Shown piece after piece: positions 1-9,603 of a stretch of 16,744 nt of DNA. The DNA comes from a virus, in IMG/VR virus record IMGVR_UViG_3300029106_000262; one strand, given 5' to 3'. A program made the translations under genes and the position numbers. A model generated the notes under the pieces. It made no database searches. It saw nothing but the letters and a program-made list of their open reading frames with translations, and was not told the origin of the DNA. How positions within the stretch are numbered: the first letter of the stretch is position 1; each line of letters begins with the position of its first letter.

Positions 1-158
1 AATATAATTATAGCATGAAATATTCCAAAACTAAATTCTTGTTAATCCATCACTGGAATTTAGTTTTAAATTTAAGGGAAAAATACTTTACAAAAAAATC
101 TGCTTGTTTTTTTTTATAATATATGATATAAAAAAGTTGTAATTTCTATAATAAAAAG

Positions 159-1949
159 GTGGATGAATATATGGAAATCAGTGGAGGAATAAATCAATTA
201 TTAGAATCATTAAATCAAATACATATAACAAATGAAGCAGACAAAGGACTAATTGAAGAAATAAAAGAAGACTTGAGAAATAATGAAATTGCTGATGCAA
301 TGAAAAAATTACAGGTATTTAATAGCAGAAGAGAAAATGATGAGGATGTAGACGAAGAAGAATCTGAAGTAGAAGAGAAACCAAAAAAACAAGGAAAATC
401 AAAAAACAAAGAAAGTGATATTTCAGAGGAAAGCACATATCCAAAAGAATTACAAAATGATAAATTAGAAAGAACATATTTAGGATTGCTATTAAACAAT
501 CCTAAATCAATTAGTATGTATTATTTTGTATATGATGAGTGCTTATTCGATAATGAGAACTTTATAAATATATATAAAGGAGTACTATTTACAGAAGGAG
601 CTAAATATTCATCAGAACAAGCAAAAAGAAATTTTAACTTTGGAAAAGTAACAAAAGAAATAATGGATTTAAAAGAAGAGTTAAAATATGAAACTGATGG
701 AGAATCTTATGACTTTGAAAAAGTATATATTGAACTAAAGAAATTATTTACATTAAGAAAAAAATACAAAAGTATGCCTATAAAAAATATACAAGATAAA
801 ATAGCAGAAATAAGAAATTACACATTATATGATAGTATGTCAGTGGAAGAAGTAGAAGCTGCAATAAACCAAGTTACAGTTACAGAAAAGTTCAAACATG
901 CAGTATTAAATACTGATACAACAGACTTTCTATTAAAAGGACAAAATAGTTTAACTACAGGACTAGATTTTCCATTTCCTATACTAAGCAGTGTGTTCAA
1001 AGGAATAAGAAAAGGTGAAACAATGGCATTTGCAATGCCATCAAACTCAGGAAAAAGTAGATTTACAATAAACTTAATTGCAAATATAGCATTTGTACAT
1101 AAAAAGAAGGTATTAGTTATTTCAAATGAAATGTCAGAAGAAAAAATGAAATTATGCTTGATAACTACTATTTTAAATAATCCTGAAATTCAAAAATTAC
1201 ATGGACAAGATATAAAAAAATCAGAAGGCGAATTACTAGAATTTAAATTTAGACCAGACAATCCTAAAGAAGTTAAAGTTGACGAAAACGGATTTGTTAT
1301 ACAAGAAGAAAAAGAAACTAGAGAACAGTTTATAAAAAGACTTTCAAAAATATCAACTGAATTTAATAAAACAGTAAAAGTAACAGAATGGTTAAATGAA
1401 CAATCAAATAACTGTATATATTTTATAAACATTACAGATCATACAAATGATGAATTAAAGAAAGTAATTACAAACTACTATTACAAAGAAAAAATAGAGT
1501 ATATGTTCTATGATACTATGAAAACAGATACTCAGAACATCGGAAAAAGTGAAGAGATTAAAAAGACAGCTACAATTATTTCTAACCTTGCTCAAAACTT
1601 AAATATATTTATTGGGTACACAATGCAACTTACAGAAACAACTACATTACCAGTTAACTTAACAATTAATGATTTGTCTGAAAGTAGAACTGTAAAAGAA
1701 GTTTTAGACACACTTTGCCTAGTAAAACAAATAGATAATAGAACACTCAAAGATTATGAATATTCTTTAGAAGAAGTAAGTGATAAATTCTATCCATTAA
1801 AAGAATATAAAGATCCAGATGAAAGATATTATGCATGTGTTGTAGATAAAAACAGAGCAGGTTCTAAACCAAAGGTTGTATTTAACTTGAACTTAGCATA
1901 TAACAGATGGACAGAACTTGGATATTTAAGATTAAAGGAACAAAAATAA
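159..1949 (+). CDS. DnaB/RecA-fold (KaiC-like) helicase-type ATPase, possibly a replicative or phage-type helicase
   Basis: 596-aa ORF. P-loop context GIRKGETMAFAMPSNSGKSRFTINLIANIAF, then KKKVLVISNEMSEEKM and IEYMFYDTMKT (Walker B-like), as in DnaB-type ATPases. The likely real start is ATG at 171, 8 nt after AAAAAGGTGG. Confidence 0.75.
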   Translation: MDEYMEISGGINQLLESLNQIHITNEADKGLIEEIKEDLRNNEIADAMKKLQVFNSRRENDEDVDEEESEVEEKPKKQGKSKNKESDISEESTYPKELQNDKLERTYLGLLLNNPKSISMYYFVYDECLFDNENFINIYKGVLFTEGAKYSSEQAKRNFNFGKVTKEIMDLKEELKYETDGESYDFEKVYIELKKLFTLRKKYKSMPIKNIQDKIAEIRNYTLYDSMSVEEVEAAINQVTVTEKFKHAVLNTDTTDFLLKGQNSLTTGLDFPFPILSSVFKGIRKGETMAFAMPSNSGKSRFTINLIANIAFVHKKKVLVISNEMSEEKMKLCLITTILNNPEIQKLHGQDIKKSEGELLEFKFRPDNPKEVKVDENGFVIQEEKETREQFIKRLSKISTEFNKTVKVTEWLNEQSNNCIYFINITDHTNDELKKVITNYYYKEKIEYMFYDTMKTDTQNIGKSEEIKKTATIISNLAQNLNIFIGYTMQLTETTTLPVNLTINDLSESRTVKEVLDTLCLVKQIDNRTLKDYEYSLEEVSDKFYPLKEYKDPDERYYACVVDKNRAGSKPKVVFNLNLAYNRWTELGYLRLKEQK

Positions 1950-1994
1950 TGTTAGTTTGAAAATGTTTTTTCAACTGACACAAAGATTAATTAT

Positions 1995-2045
1995 AAAGGA
2001 CACATCTTGATTGAATATAAAAAAATATTCAAAGATGTGTCCTTT
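1995..2045. terminator. Bidirectional intrinsic terminator between convergent genes
   Basis: AAAGGACACATCTT (1995-2008) pairs perfectly with AAGATGTGTCCTTT (2032-2045), with an inner TTGAATAT/ATATTCAA extension. It lies between the 3' ends of the helicase gene and spoIVA. Confidence 0.85.
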
Positions 2046-2060
2046 AATTGACATCATATT

Positions 2061-3543
2061 TTAAAGAATAATACAAATTAATCCGCCACTACCTTCATTA
2101 ACAATACGTTCTAATGTTTCTTGTAGTTTTCCTTGAGCATCTTCAGGCATTCTTGATAATTTATTTTGTAATCCTTCATTTACAAGTTCATGTAAGTTCT
2201 TGCCAAAAATGTTAGACTCCCAAATTTTCTTAGGGTCTGACTCAAACTCGGAAAGTAAATAATTAACTAAATCTTCTGATTGTTTTTCACTGCCAACAAT
2301 AGGAGATACCTCTGTCTCAATATCCGCTCTTATCATGTGTATACTAGGAGCTTTTGCTTTTAGTTTTATTCCAAAACGAGATCCTTGTTTTACCATTTCT
2401 GGTTCTTCTAATATTAGTTCATCAATTGAAGGAGTTACAATTCCATAACCGGTAGCTTTTACTTCTTCCAAAGCACAGGCAATTTTATCATATTGTTTCT
2501 TAGTTCTTGAAAATTCAGTCATAGTACTAAATAAAGTACCTTCATTATCTATTTCAACTCCAGAAATTTCAGTTAATACTTTGTAGAATAACTCATCTAT
2601 TAAATCAATAGAAACATTTACACTTCCTTCACCAAGCCTTACTTCTGACAATGAAGTTTTGGTAATAACTTTTGTATTTTGAAGTTGACTTATTCCACGG
2701 TCCACTTGTTTTAATATACGTATATTATCAAATGCTTTCTTTATTTCATCATATAACTCAACTTTTAGCCAATGGTCATCAGGCAAACCATCAACCCATC
2801 TAGGAAAATTTATATTAATAGTTTCAATTGGAAATTCATATAAAATCTTGCTAAAAATATCGTCAATGTCTTCTATGTCTAATCTAGAACAGTCTGTTGG
2901 TAAAACTGATACTTCATATTTTTCTTCTAATTTTCTTGCTAAAGCTTTTGTATAATCAGAAAATGGGTCATCACTATTTAAAACAATAACAAAAGGTTTA
3001 TTAAGTTCTTTTAATTCTTTAACAACACGTTCCTCAGCACTAATATAATCTTCTCTTGGTATATCAGTAATACTGCCATCGGTAGTTACTAAAATTCCTA
3101 TAGTAGAATGTTCAGCTATTACTTTTCTGGTACCAATTTCAGCAGCTTCTTCAAAAGGTATTTCTTCTTCATACCAAGGTGTTTTTACCATACGTGGCAT
3201 ATCATCTTCTAAATATCCAATAGCATTATTAACCAAATATCCAACACAGTCTACAAGTCTTGTTTTGAATTTTAAGTTATCTCCTATTGTAATTTCAACA
3301 GCTTCATTTGGAATAAACTTTGGCTCAGTGGTCATAATAGTTCTTCCACCAGCACTTTGTGGCAGTTCATCTCTAGCTCTTTCTTTTTTATACTCATTAT
3401 CAATATTTGGAATAACAAGTAAATCCATAAAATTCTTAATAAAAGTTGATTTTCCGTGTACGTACAGGACCGACAACACCCACGTAAATATCGCCATCTG
3501 TTCGTTCTGCTATATCTTGATATAATTTTAAATTCTCATCCAT
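2061..3543 (-). pseudogene. spoIVA: Stage IV sporulation protein A (SpoIVA) with a +1 frameshift in the Walker A motif (real lesion or sequence error)
   Basis: The body and the C-terminus (RIVNEGSGGLICIIL) are typical SpoIVA. The N-terminus continues in another frame from ATG at 3543: MDENLKLYQDIAERTDGDIYVGVVGPVRT, then (G)KSTFIKNFM. Removing the extra base at about 3456 restores GPVRTGKST. Confidence 0.9.
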
Positions 3544-3703
3544 GAATTATTTAAACCCCCTCTAAGAAATGTTTGTACTAAACTTTATTAAATGTATATT
3601 TAAACAGTTAAGAACTTATGACAAAAATATAAAATAAATTTATAAGATATACTTTAAAAAATTAAAACTTTACAATATAATAACAATAAAAGGAGGAGAT
3701 GCG

Positions 3704-4210
3704 ATGAAAAAAACATTGTTAATTATTGTGGCAATAATAGTTGTTATTGCAATTGCTGTTGAAGCTTATTTATTGGTTTCAACAAGTACTACTAAGGTAG
3801 AGTTTGAAGGAAATCAATGTCTTGCAATAGGATTTATAGCAAAAGGAAAAGAAGCGGAATTTAGTGAGAAATACTTAAAAAATAGTGATGAATTTAACAA
3901 ACTTACAACAATTTCTTCTGGGGATGAAGAACAATTTGTAGTAATTCCTAAAGATAGAAACTCAAAAATTAAAGTTTGGACATACAAAGCTACAGAAGAG
4001 GGAGAAATTGTAATAGACAAAGTGATTGCCGAAAATGTGAATAAGCCTGTTCTTATAAAAGCAGAGACGGCTGAAGTTATGCAAAAAGTTGGAATAGAAT
4101 ATAGTAGCGATGATCAAAAAATAGTTTTACCATTAATTCTTAGTGGTAAAGATGGAAAACTAGTTCTTGGGGAAAATAGTAGCTTAATCAAAGATATATC
4201 TGAATATTAA
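3704..4210 (+). CDS. Hypothetical protein with N-terminal membrane anchor or signal
   Basis: 168-aa ORF preceded by AAAGGAGGAG. N-terminus MKKTLLIIVAIIVVIAIAVEAYLLVS is hydrophobic. A strong terminator follows. Confidence 0.7.
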   Translation: MKKTLLIIVAIIVVIAIAVEAYLLVSTSTTKVEFEGNQCLAIGFIAKGKEAEFSEKYLKNSDEFNKLTTISSGDEEQFVVIPKDRNSKIKVWTYKATEEGEIVIDKVIAENVNKPVLIKAETAEVMQKVGIEYSSDDQKIVLPLILSGKDGKLVLGENSSLIKDISEY

Positions 4211-4213
4211 ATA

Positions 4214-4252
4214 ATAAAACAGCAATACTTTTTAGTTGTATTGCTGTTTTAT
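4214..4252. terminator. Intrinsic terminator
   Basis: ATAAAACAGCAATAC (4214-4228) and GTATTGCTGTTTTAT (4238-4252) form a perfect 15-bp stem with a 9-nt loop between convergent genes. Confidence 0.85.
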
Positions 4253-4257
4253 ATGTT

Positions 4258-4956
4258 TTATTTAAAAATAAAATACAAAATTAATAAATGGACAGGGTAA
4301 AAAGCATATAAAAGATACTTTATTTTTTTACCCTGTTTTCCGTTATATAGGCAAATAGGTACAACTGGTAAAATTGTGCCTATACATAGAAGAATATATA
4401 AATAATGATATCCATAAGTGAAAATAGATATACCATATTTTATAATGCATGCAGTAGTAAAGAATATTACAATACCAGGTTTATCATTTCTAAATATGTA
4501 AAACAATAATATAATTGCGACTCCCCAAAAACCATAGTCAAAAGAACATATTTGAGCAATAATTCCTAATAAAATTGCAGGTAATACAGCGAAAATTTTC
4601 ATTACAAATGAACCAAATTTTGATTTGCTATTAACATTTGAAAATTTGTCATATAAAAAAATTGAAAGTAAGCCGAAAAATAAGGTTCCAAAAATATTAA
4701 TACCAAAGCTATTTGTAAAAATTGATTTGAACAACATAAAAGGAATTTGTGAAACGAGTGCAAAAACAAATAATCTTAAAAGGTATTTTTTTAGATTTTT
4801 AGTATGTACATATCCTTCAGAAATTTGAAATGCAAAAATAGGAAATGCAATTCTTCCAATTACATTAAATAATGTAGTGTGGCTAAAAAAGGCAACACTT
4901 GTATGATCAACAAACATTGTTAACATAGCAATACATTTTAAAGCAAAACTTGTCAT
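4258..4956 (-). CDS. TraX-family multispanning membrane protein
   Basis: 232 aa, FALKCIAMLTMFVDHT...IGRIAFPIFAFQISEGYVHTKNLKKYLLRL...LFALVSQIPF-type pattern and C-terminal YAFYPVHLLIL, typical of TraX-like proteins. RBS GAAAGGATG upstream. Confidence 0.8.
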   Translation of the reverse strand: MTSFALKCIAMLTMFVDHTSVAFFSHTTLFNVIGRIAFPIFAFQISEGYVHTKNLKKYLLRLFVFALVSQIPFMLFKSIFTNSFGINIFGTLFFGLLSIFLYDKFSNVNSKSKFGSFVMKIFAVLPAILLGIIAQICSFDYGFWGVAIILLFYIFRNDKPGIVIFFTTACIIKYGISIFTYGYHYLYILLCIGTILPVVPICLYNGKQGKKIKYLLYAFYPVHLLILYFIFK

Positions 4957-5081
4957 AATAAAAATTCATCCTTTCTATATGAACATATTATACATGAAGT
5001 TTTTAGAAAAATATATAAATTACTTTAAAAACGTTAAATTATATGATAATATTATAAAAATTTAAAAAGGAGATGTTATTT

Positions 5082-5253
5082 ATGGCGACATTTGAAGATT
5101 TTATGAAATTAGATATTAGAGTAGGAACAATTGTAAAGAAATATTTAAAGAAGCTTTCTATCACAAGTATTAGTTTTAGGAACATATAGTGAGCAAGGAG
5201 TTGTGCTAATACAACCTACAGAAAAAGTAAAAAATGGAGATAAATTAGGGTAA
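5082..5253 (+). pseudogene. csaA: Remnant of CsaA-type tRNA-binding-domain protein with internal deletion
   Basis: The N-terminal frame reads MATFEDFMKLDIRVGTIV. After a break near 5145-5155 a different frame reads LSQVLVLGTYSEQGVVLIQPTEKVKNGDKLG-stop. These match the two ends of the ~110-aa CsaA protein with the middle missing. RBS AAAAAGGAGATG upstream. Confidence 0.75.
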
Positions 5254-5265
5254 AGGGGTTTTTAT

Positions 5266-5790
5266 ATGATAGAACATAAAATTTTAATAAGTGAAGAAAA
5301 ACTAGATAAAAGAATAAGAGAATTAGCAAAACAAATTTCAGAAGATTATAAAGGAGAAGATATAACTTTAATATGTACACTAAAAGGAGCTGTGTATTTT
5401 ACAATAGATTTGTCTAAAAAAATTACAGACAGTGATGTAATATTAGATTTTATAAGAGTTAGTAGTTATGGAGTAAATAACAGAGAAACAACAGGTAAAC
5501 TTGATTTTAAATTAGACATAAGTGATAATATAGGAAACAAAAATGTAATAATAGTTGAAGATATAATTGATTCTGGAATAACATTAAGTTATTTATATGA
5601 CTACTTAAAAACAAAAAATCCTAAATCTTTAAAAATATGTGTATTGCTAGATAAAAAGGCAAGAAGACAAAAGAAAATAAAAGTGGATTATACAGGATTT
5701 GAAATAGAAAATAAATTTGTACTTGGATATGGACTTGACTATGATGAGAAATATAGAAATTTACCTTATATTGGATATGTAGAAGTGTAA
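5266..5790 (+). CDS. hpt: Hypoxanthine (guanine) phosphoribosyltransferase
   Basis: 174 aa with the PRPP-binding motif VIIVEDIIDSGITLSYL, plus IRVSSYG and the C-terminal FVLGYGLDYDEKYRNLPYIGYV, characteristic of HPRT. Confidence 0.93.
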   Translation: MIEHKILISEEKLDKRIRELAKQISEDYKGEDITLICTLKGAVYFTIDLSKKITDSDVILDFIRVSSYGVNNRETTGKLDFKLDISDNIGNKNVIIVEDIIDSGITLSYLYDYLKTKNPKSLKICVLLDKKARRQKKIKVDYTGFEIENKFVLGYGLDYDEKYRNLPYIGYVEV

Positions 5791-5867
5791 TTTTTATAGA
5801 TAGGAGAAAAAATGAAAAAAATAAAGTAATAAAAATATTACTCATAATAACAATTATAATTCTTATT

Positions 5868-6152
5868 ATGAGTGCTGTAATTGGCGTAGCAACTTCAGCA
5901 GGATTTATTAATTCAATATTAAGTAGTGATGGAAAAACAATAGTAGATGGTTCAGATATTACAATACTGACTAAATTAATACAGAAGATAAATGATACAA
6001 AGTTAACTTTTTTGAAAGAAACAAAGATGTTATTTTTTACATTAGATGTTGTTTTAGAATCAGTTCTATTAAGAAAATATATAAATAAAAAAGCTCACAT
6101 CTACACTTTAACGAGTATATGTGAACTTTTTTTGCTGGAGCGGGTGTCGTAG
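5868..6152 (+). CDS. Hypothetical membrane-anchored protein, probably truncated or frameshifted
   Basis: The in-frame upstream sequence encodes VIKILLIITIIILIMSAVIGVATSAG, but the ATG with RBS (~5812) is out of frame by one base in an A-run. The 3' end of the ORF runs through the tRNA-like repeat at 6135-6145, so the annotated C-terminus is doubtful. Confidence 0.35.
   Translation: MSAVIGVATSAGFINSILSSDGKTIVDGSDITILTKLIQKINDTKLTFLKETKMLFFTLDVVLESVLLRKYINKKAHIYTLTSICELFLLERVS
6135..6145. repeat. tRNA-Gly 3'-end repeat copy 1 (candidate outer att site of element 1)
   Basis: CTGGAGCGGGT, the reverse complement of ACCCGCTCCAG. The same 10-mer TGGAGCGGGT is at 13057 and at the 3' end of tRNA-Gly at 16517. 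Confidence 0.7.
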
Positions 6153-6255
6153 TTATTTACAACTTTTTCTCTCATAACGATTGATATGATAATCAATCAA
6201 GATACATATAGATTAGCAGATTTTTGAAAAAAATTCAAGATAATTTTAAAAAATA

Positions 6256-6284
6256 TTGTAAAAAAATGTTTAATTTGATATGAT
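6256..6284 (+). promoter_or_regulatory. Candidate sigma-A promoter for the cargo operon
   Basis: TTGTAA (6256-6261), 17-bp spacer, TATGAT (6279-6284), about 44 bp upstream of the ATG at 6328. RBS AAGGAGAT at ~6311. Confidence 0.5.
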
Positions 6285-6327
6285 AAATGTGTATTAGTAA
6301 AAATTTTTATAAGGAGATGTATAAATT

Positions 6328-7167
6328 ATGGAAAATTTAAATTTTAAGGTTATGATGGGAGTAATTCCTGGATATGGTCATGAAAATAAAGAATTAACAG
6401 CAAGTAATGCATATGAAGTAGGAATGGAAACATGGAAAGAAGCAGTTGAAGAAGTTTTAAATATGCAGAGTAACCCTGAAAATCCTGAAAGCCCAAACTT
6501 TTATGATGTAGGAGGAAAAATTGTGCCTGCATTAGCAGTTTATTCTAAAAATTTTGGTTGCCCTGTTGGTGGCGAAGTAGGAATACAAGTAGAATCTTCA
6601 ATTGGAGAAAACCAAGATGTGGAATTATATAGAAAATCTGTAATAGAAACTATTAAAGTGGCAATGGCAAAATTAAGTCAAAGTACAACAACAGTTGAAT
6701 GGGCTAATGAAAATAAGAGTATGGGTACAACATATATATCTGAAGGTGGTAAAAAAATCAACGAAAATGATTCTTTAGAAGGAATCGAACATTTTTCTGT
6801 TTCTTTAGGGGATGGAACACACTCAAATGAAGAATATGTAAGAATTGGTAGTGCTATACAAGATGCAATGGATATGGTTTCATCTACTGGAACAGGAAAA
6901 GCTGATGAAAAATATTATATGATTTCTGGAATAATGACACCTTCACAGAATGAAAATGGTGGAATTCAATTTAGTGCTTCACAAAACCCAATATATGGAC
7001 AAACAAGTAATGAACTATATAGACAATCAGTTATAAAAACAATAGAACAAGTAATGAAAACTTTAGGGCAAAAATCTGCGAGTATTAATTTTGGAGAAGA
7101 AACAGTATCTTTAGATTTAGAGGAAATTTTAAAACAACAAAATGAAATGGGAGAAATTAGTGAATAG
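6328..7167 (+). CDS. Uncharacterised protein with two tandem related domains
   Basis: 279 aa with a good RBS. Internal similarity: VELYRKSVIETIKVAMAKLSQSTTTVEW versus NELYRQSVIKTIEQVMKTLGQKSASINF. Confidence 0.75.
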   Translation: MENLNFKVMMGVIPGYGHENKELTASNAYEVGMETWKEAVEEVLNMQSNPENPESPNFYDVGGKIVPALAVYSKNFGCPVGGEVGIQVESSIGENQDVELYRKSVIETIKVAMAKLSQSTTTVEWANENKSMGTTYISEGGKKINENDSLEGIEHFSVSLGDGTHSNEEYVRIGSAIQDAMDMVSSTGTGKADEKYYMISGIMTPSQNENGGIQFSASQNPIYGQTSNELYRQSVIKTIEQVMKTLGQKSASINFGEETVSLDLEEILKQQNEMGEISE

Positions 7168-7942
7168 TAATATTATTATAAATATTCCACACAGTTCAAC
7201 TTATATTCCAGAACCTTTTTTAGAAAGAGTGGCTATAAATAAGGAAGAGCTTCAACAGGAAGTAGAATTATTAACTGATTTATATACGGATGATTTATTT
7301 GCAAATAAAGATTGTAATATTATTAGAGCAGATATTTCGAGAATTGTATGTGATATGGAGCGATTTAGAGATGATAGTAAAGAACAAATGAGTAATGTTG
7401 GTATGGGAGTTATATATACTCAAACATCTAAAGGTAAAAAGTTAATTGAATTTGATTCAGAATATAGAAATACAATTTTAAAGGAGTATTATGATTCATA
7501 TTACAATAAATTTGAAGAACTAACAAGTTCGATTTTAAATAGATACGGGAGATGCATTATAATAGATGGACATAGTTTTTCTGTTGAATTGCTAAAAAGA
7601 TTAGGAATACCATATAAAAATAGTCCAGACATTTGCATTGGTTTTGATGATGAATTTTGTGATAGTGATATTTTAAATATATTGAAACAACATTTTGAAA
7701 AGAATGGTCTTGCTGTAGCCTTAAATTATCCCTATGTTGGATCAATTGTTCCTAATAGGTATTATAACAAAAAAGATTCTAGAGTAAAATCTCTAATGAT
7801 TGAAGTTAATAAATCTATTTATTTAGATGATAATAATCAAAAAAATGCGAATTATTCGAAAATTAAAATAATAATTCAAAAGGCAATAAAAAAAGTATTA
7901 CTACATGAAAAAAATATTACAGTAAATGAAATCGAAAGATAA
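7160..7942 (+). CDS. N-formylglutamate amidohydrolase-like protein
   Basis: NIIINIPHSSTYIP, ELLTDLYTDDLF, IIRADISRIVCDMERFRDD, CIIIDGHSF and DICIGFDD match the FGase/HutG family pattern. The probable start is GTG at 7160, overlapping the upstream stop. The ORF-track ATG at 7142 is an alternative. Confidence 0.85.
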   Translation: MNSNIIINIPHSSTYIPEPFLERVAINKEELQQEVELLTDLYTDDLFANKDCNIIRADISRIVCDMERFRDDSKEQMSNVGMGVIYTQTSKGKKLIEFDSEYRNTILKEYYDSYYNKFEELTSSILNRYGRCIIIDGHSFSVELLKRLGIPYKNSPDICIGFDDEFCDSDILNILKQHFEKNGLAVALNYPYVGSIVPNRYYNKKDSRVKSLMIEVNKSIYLDDNNQKNANYSKIKIIIQKAIKKVLLHEKNITVNEIER

Positions 7943-7988
7943 ATTTGATTCAAGGTAAAAAACTTATAATAGGTTGGAGGGTAAATAA

Positions 7989-9603
7989 ATGTCAAAAAAA
8001 ATATTTATTGTTCCTAATAATGATGCCGAAGCAATAAGAATACAAAAGTTAATTAACGAGAACAATACTGGCGAATATGAAATGATAATAACAGGACAAG
8101 ATTGGCGGTGCTTCTTATGATGGTCTAGAGCCAGATATACAAAAAAGAATATTAGAAGCACAACAAAATGGCATAGAAATTTATACGATAGAGCTAAAAG
8201 GTGTACCAAGTAATAGTGGTATTACAAGTATAGATCATCATAGGTATTATGATAGTGAAGAAAAAACATCTATTGGAGAAAAGACATCAATTGAACAAAT
8301 TGCTGATATTTTAGGAATAAAACTATCTAATTTTGATATGATGATAGCTGCAAATGATGTAGGATATATACCTAAAATGATAAAAATGGCTAATGAATTA
8401 GGTCTATCAGAAGAAGAAAAAGCAAAAATAATTGAACAAATAGATAAATTGGAAAGTATGGCAAAAGTTCCTATGCAAGTTGGACAACCACGAACTTCTG
8501 TTGATGAAATTCCTAATATTGAGCAAATTACTGAAGAAAAAAAGCAAAATAGTGTAAGAATTGCACAAAAAGCAGTTGATCAAGCATATATTTATGATGA
8601 TAGATTCATATGGATAGATTTAGAGGATTTTAACTGTCAAAGAGAAGTAACAAATATACTATATAAAATGGGCAAATATGTAGATATGGGATACAACAAT
8701 GTTGTAGTTTCTTCAATAGACAAAGTTAATAATAGAAGAATAGTATATTTTGGAAATAGAGAAATTATAAATGAATTAAATCAAAATATGGAAGACATTA
8801 AAATACGTTGGACAGGTGGAGAACCAGAATCAGGTTTCTTTGGGATTCAGTTAAGTGAAGGCGAGGATTTTGAACAAACTTCTGAACGAATGAGATGGCT
8901 TTTGGAAGAAAGAACTTTAGGTTATCATAGAATAGTTAAAAATGAAGATATTATAACATCACAAGAGACACCTAAATATGGTAAGAATATAAGAGTACAT
9001 GAAATTGCTAATCCTCAAACATTCCATACAGCTATTAGTACATCACAAGATAATAATGCACATTCAGCATTTGTACACGTATATGATCCAGAGGAATATG
9101 CAGAAAAAAGAATGTTTTTAGTAAATGCAGGTTGTGCAGGTTGTGCAGTTACTAAAGATGGAGACATCGTATCAGTATTTAAAAATGATGATATGGCTCA
9201 AAAAGATGATGTAGAAAAAATATCAACAGCTTTATTGTTAACAGCAATAGAAAATGGTGGGAAAAAATTAGATTGTTTTGATGGATTTTTACCTAAAAAT
9301 TATATGAAACATGGTTTCATACCTGTATGTAAAGTCCCTTTTAATGATGAATTTGCTCCAGATGGATGGAATTTTGAAAGAGATGGTAGACCATTTATAG
9401 TATTTTTTAGGCATAATGGAAAAAGTGTTGATGAAATATTAAAAGAAAAAAATGAAGGTACTTATACCACTTATGATTTAGATTCTTTACCAATAATTGA
9501 AGACTATGATGAAGCAGCACAATATAGAGATGATGCTATAGAACGCGAAGAGGCTACTAGAGTTACAGAAGATGTTAAGGAAGGACGTAGCCATGATGAA
9601 TAA
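7989..9603 (+). CDS. Fusion protein with an N-terminal DHH-phosphoesterase-like domain and a C-terminal GNAT-like domain; interrupted by a +1 frameshift at ~8106
   Basis: ATG at 7989 with RBS TTGGAGGG reads MSKKIFIVPNNDAEAIRIQKLINENNTGEYEMIITGQDW. Deleting the extra C at ~8106 gives continuous GASYDGLEPDIQKRILEAQQNGIEIYTIELKGVPSNSGITSIDHHRYYD...MMIAANDVGYIPKM, in frame with the 421-aa ORF. The C-terminal ALLLTAIENGGKKLDCFDGFLPKNYMKHGFIPV...FAPDGWNFERDGRP is GNAT-like. Confidence 0.7.

Noticed and set aside
4292-4335. Inverted repeat ACAGGGTAAAAA...TTTTTTACCCTGT as a possible terminator
   Set aside because: Both arms lie inside the TraX-family coding sequence (GKQGKKIKY...YAFYPVHLL), so it is more simply explained as coding sequence. 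A function cannot be excluded but is not supported.
215-5845. Short antisense or overlapping ORFs in the track (215..499 -, 818..1000 -, 1190..1432 -, 3265..3525 +, 3814..4020 -, 4625..4828 +, 5621..5845 -)
   Set aside because: They lie antisense to well-supported genes, have low-complexity Phe/Ser/Leu-rich translations typical of AT-rich antisense frames, and lack a convincing RBS or family signature.
6121-6200. A complete second tRNA gene at the 6136 repeat
   Set aside because: Only the acceptor/CCA-like 10-mer is present. There is no T arm, anticodon arm or 5' acceptor strand in either orientation.
6350-8209. ORFs 6350..6532 -, 7557..7745 - and 7964..8209 -
   Set aside because: Antisense to the cargo operon, with no recognisable domains. 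7964..8209 is opposite the frameshift-restored N-terminus of the DHH-like protein.
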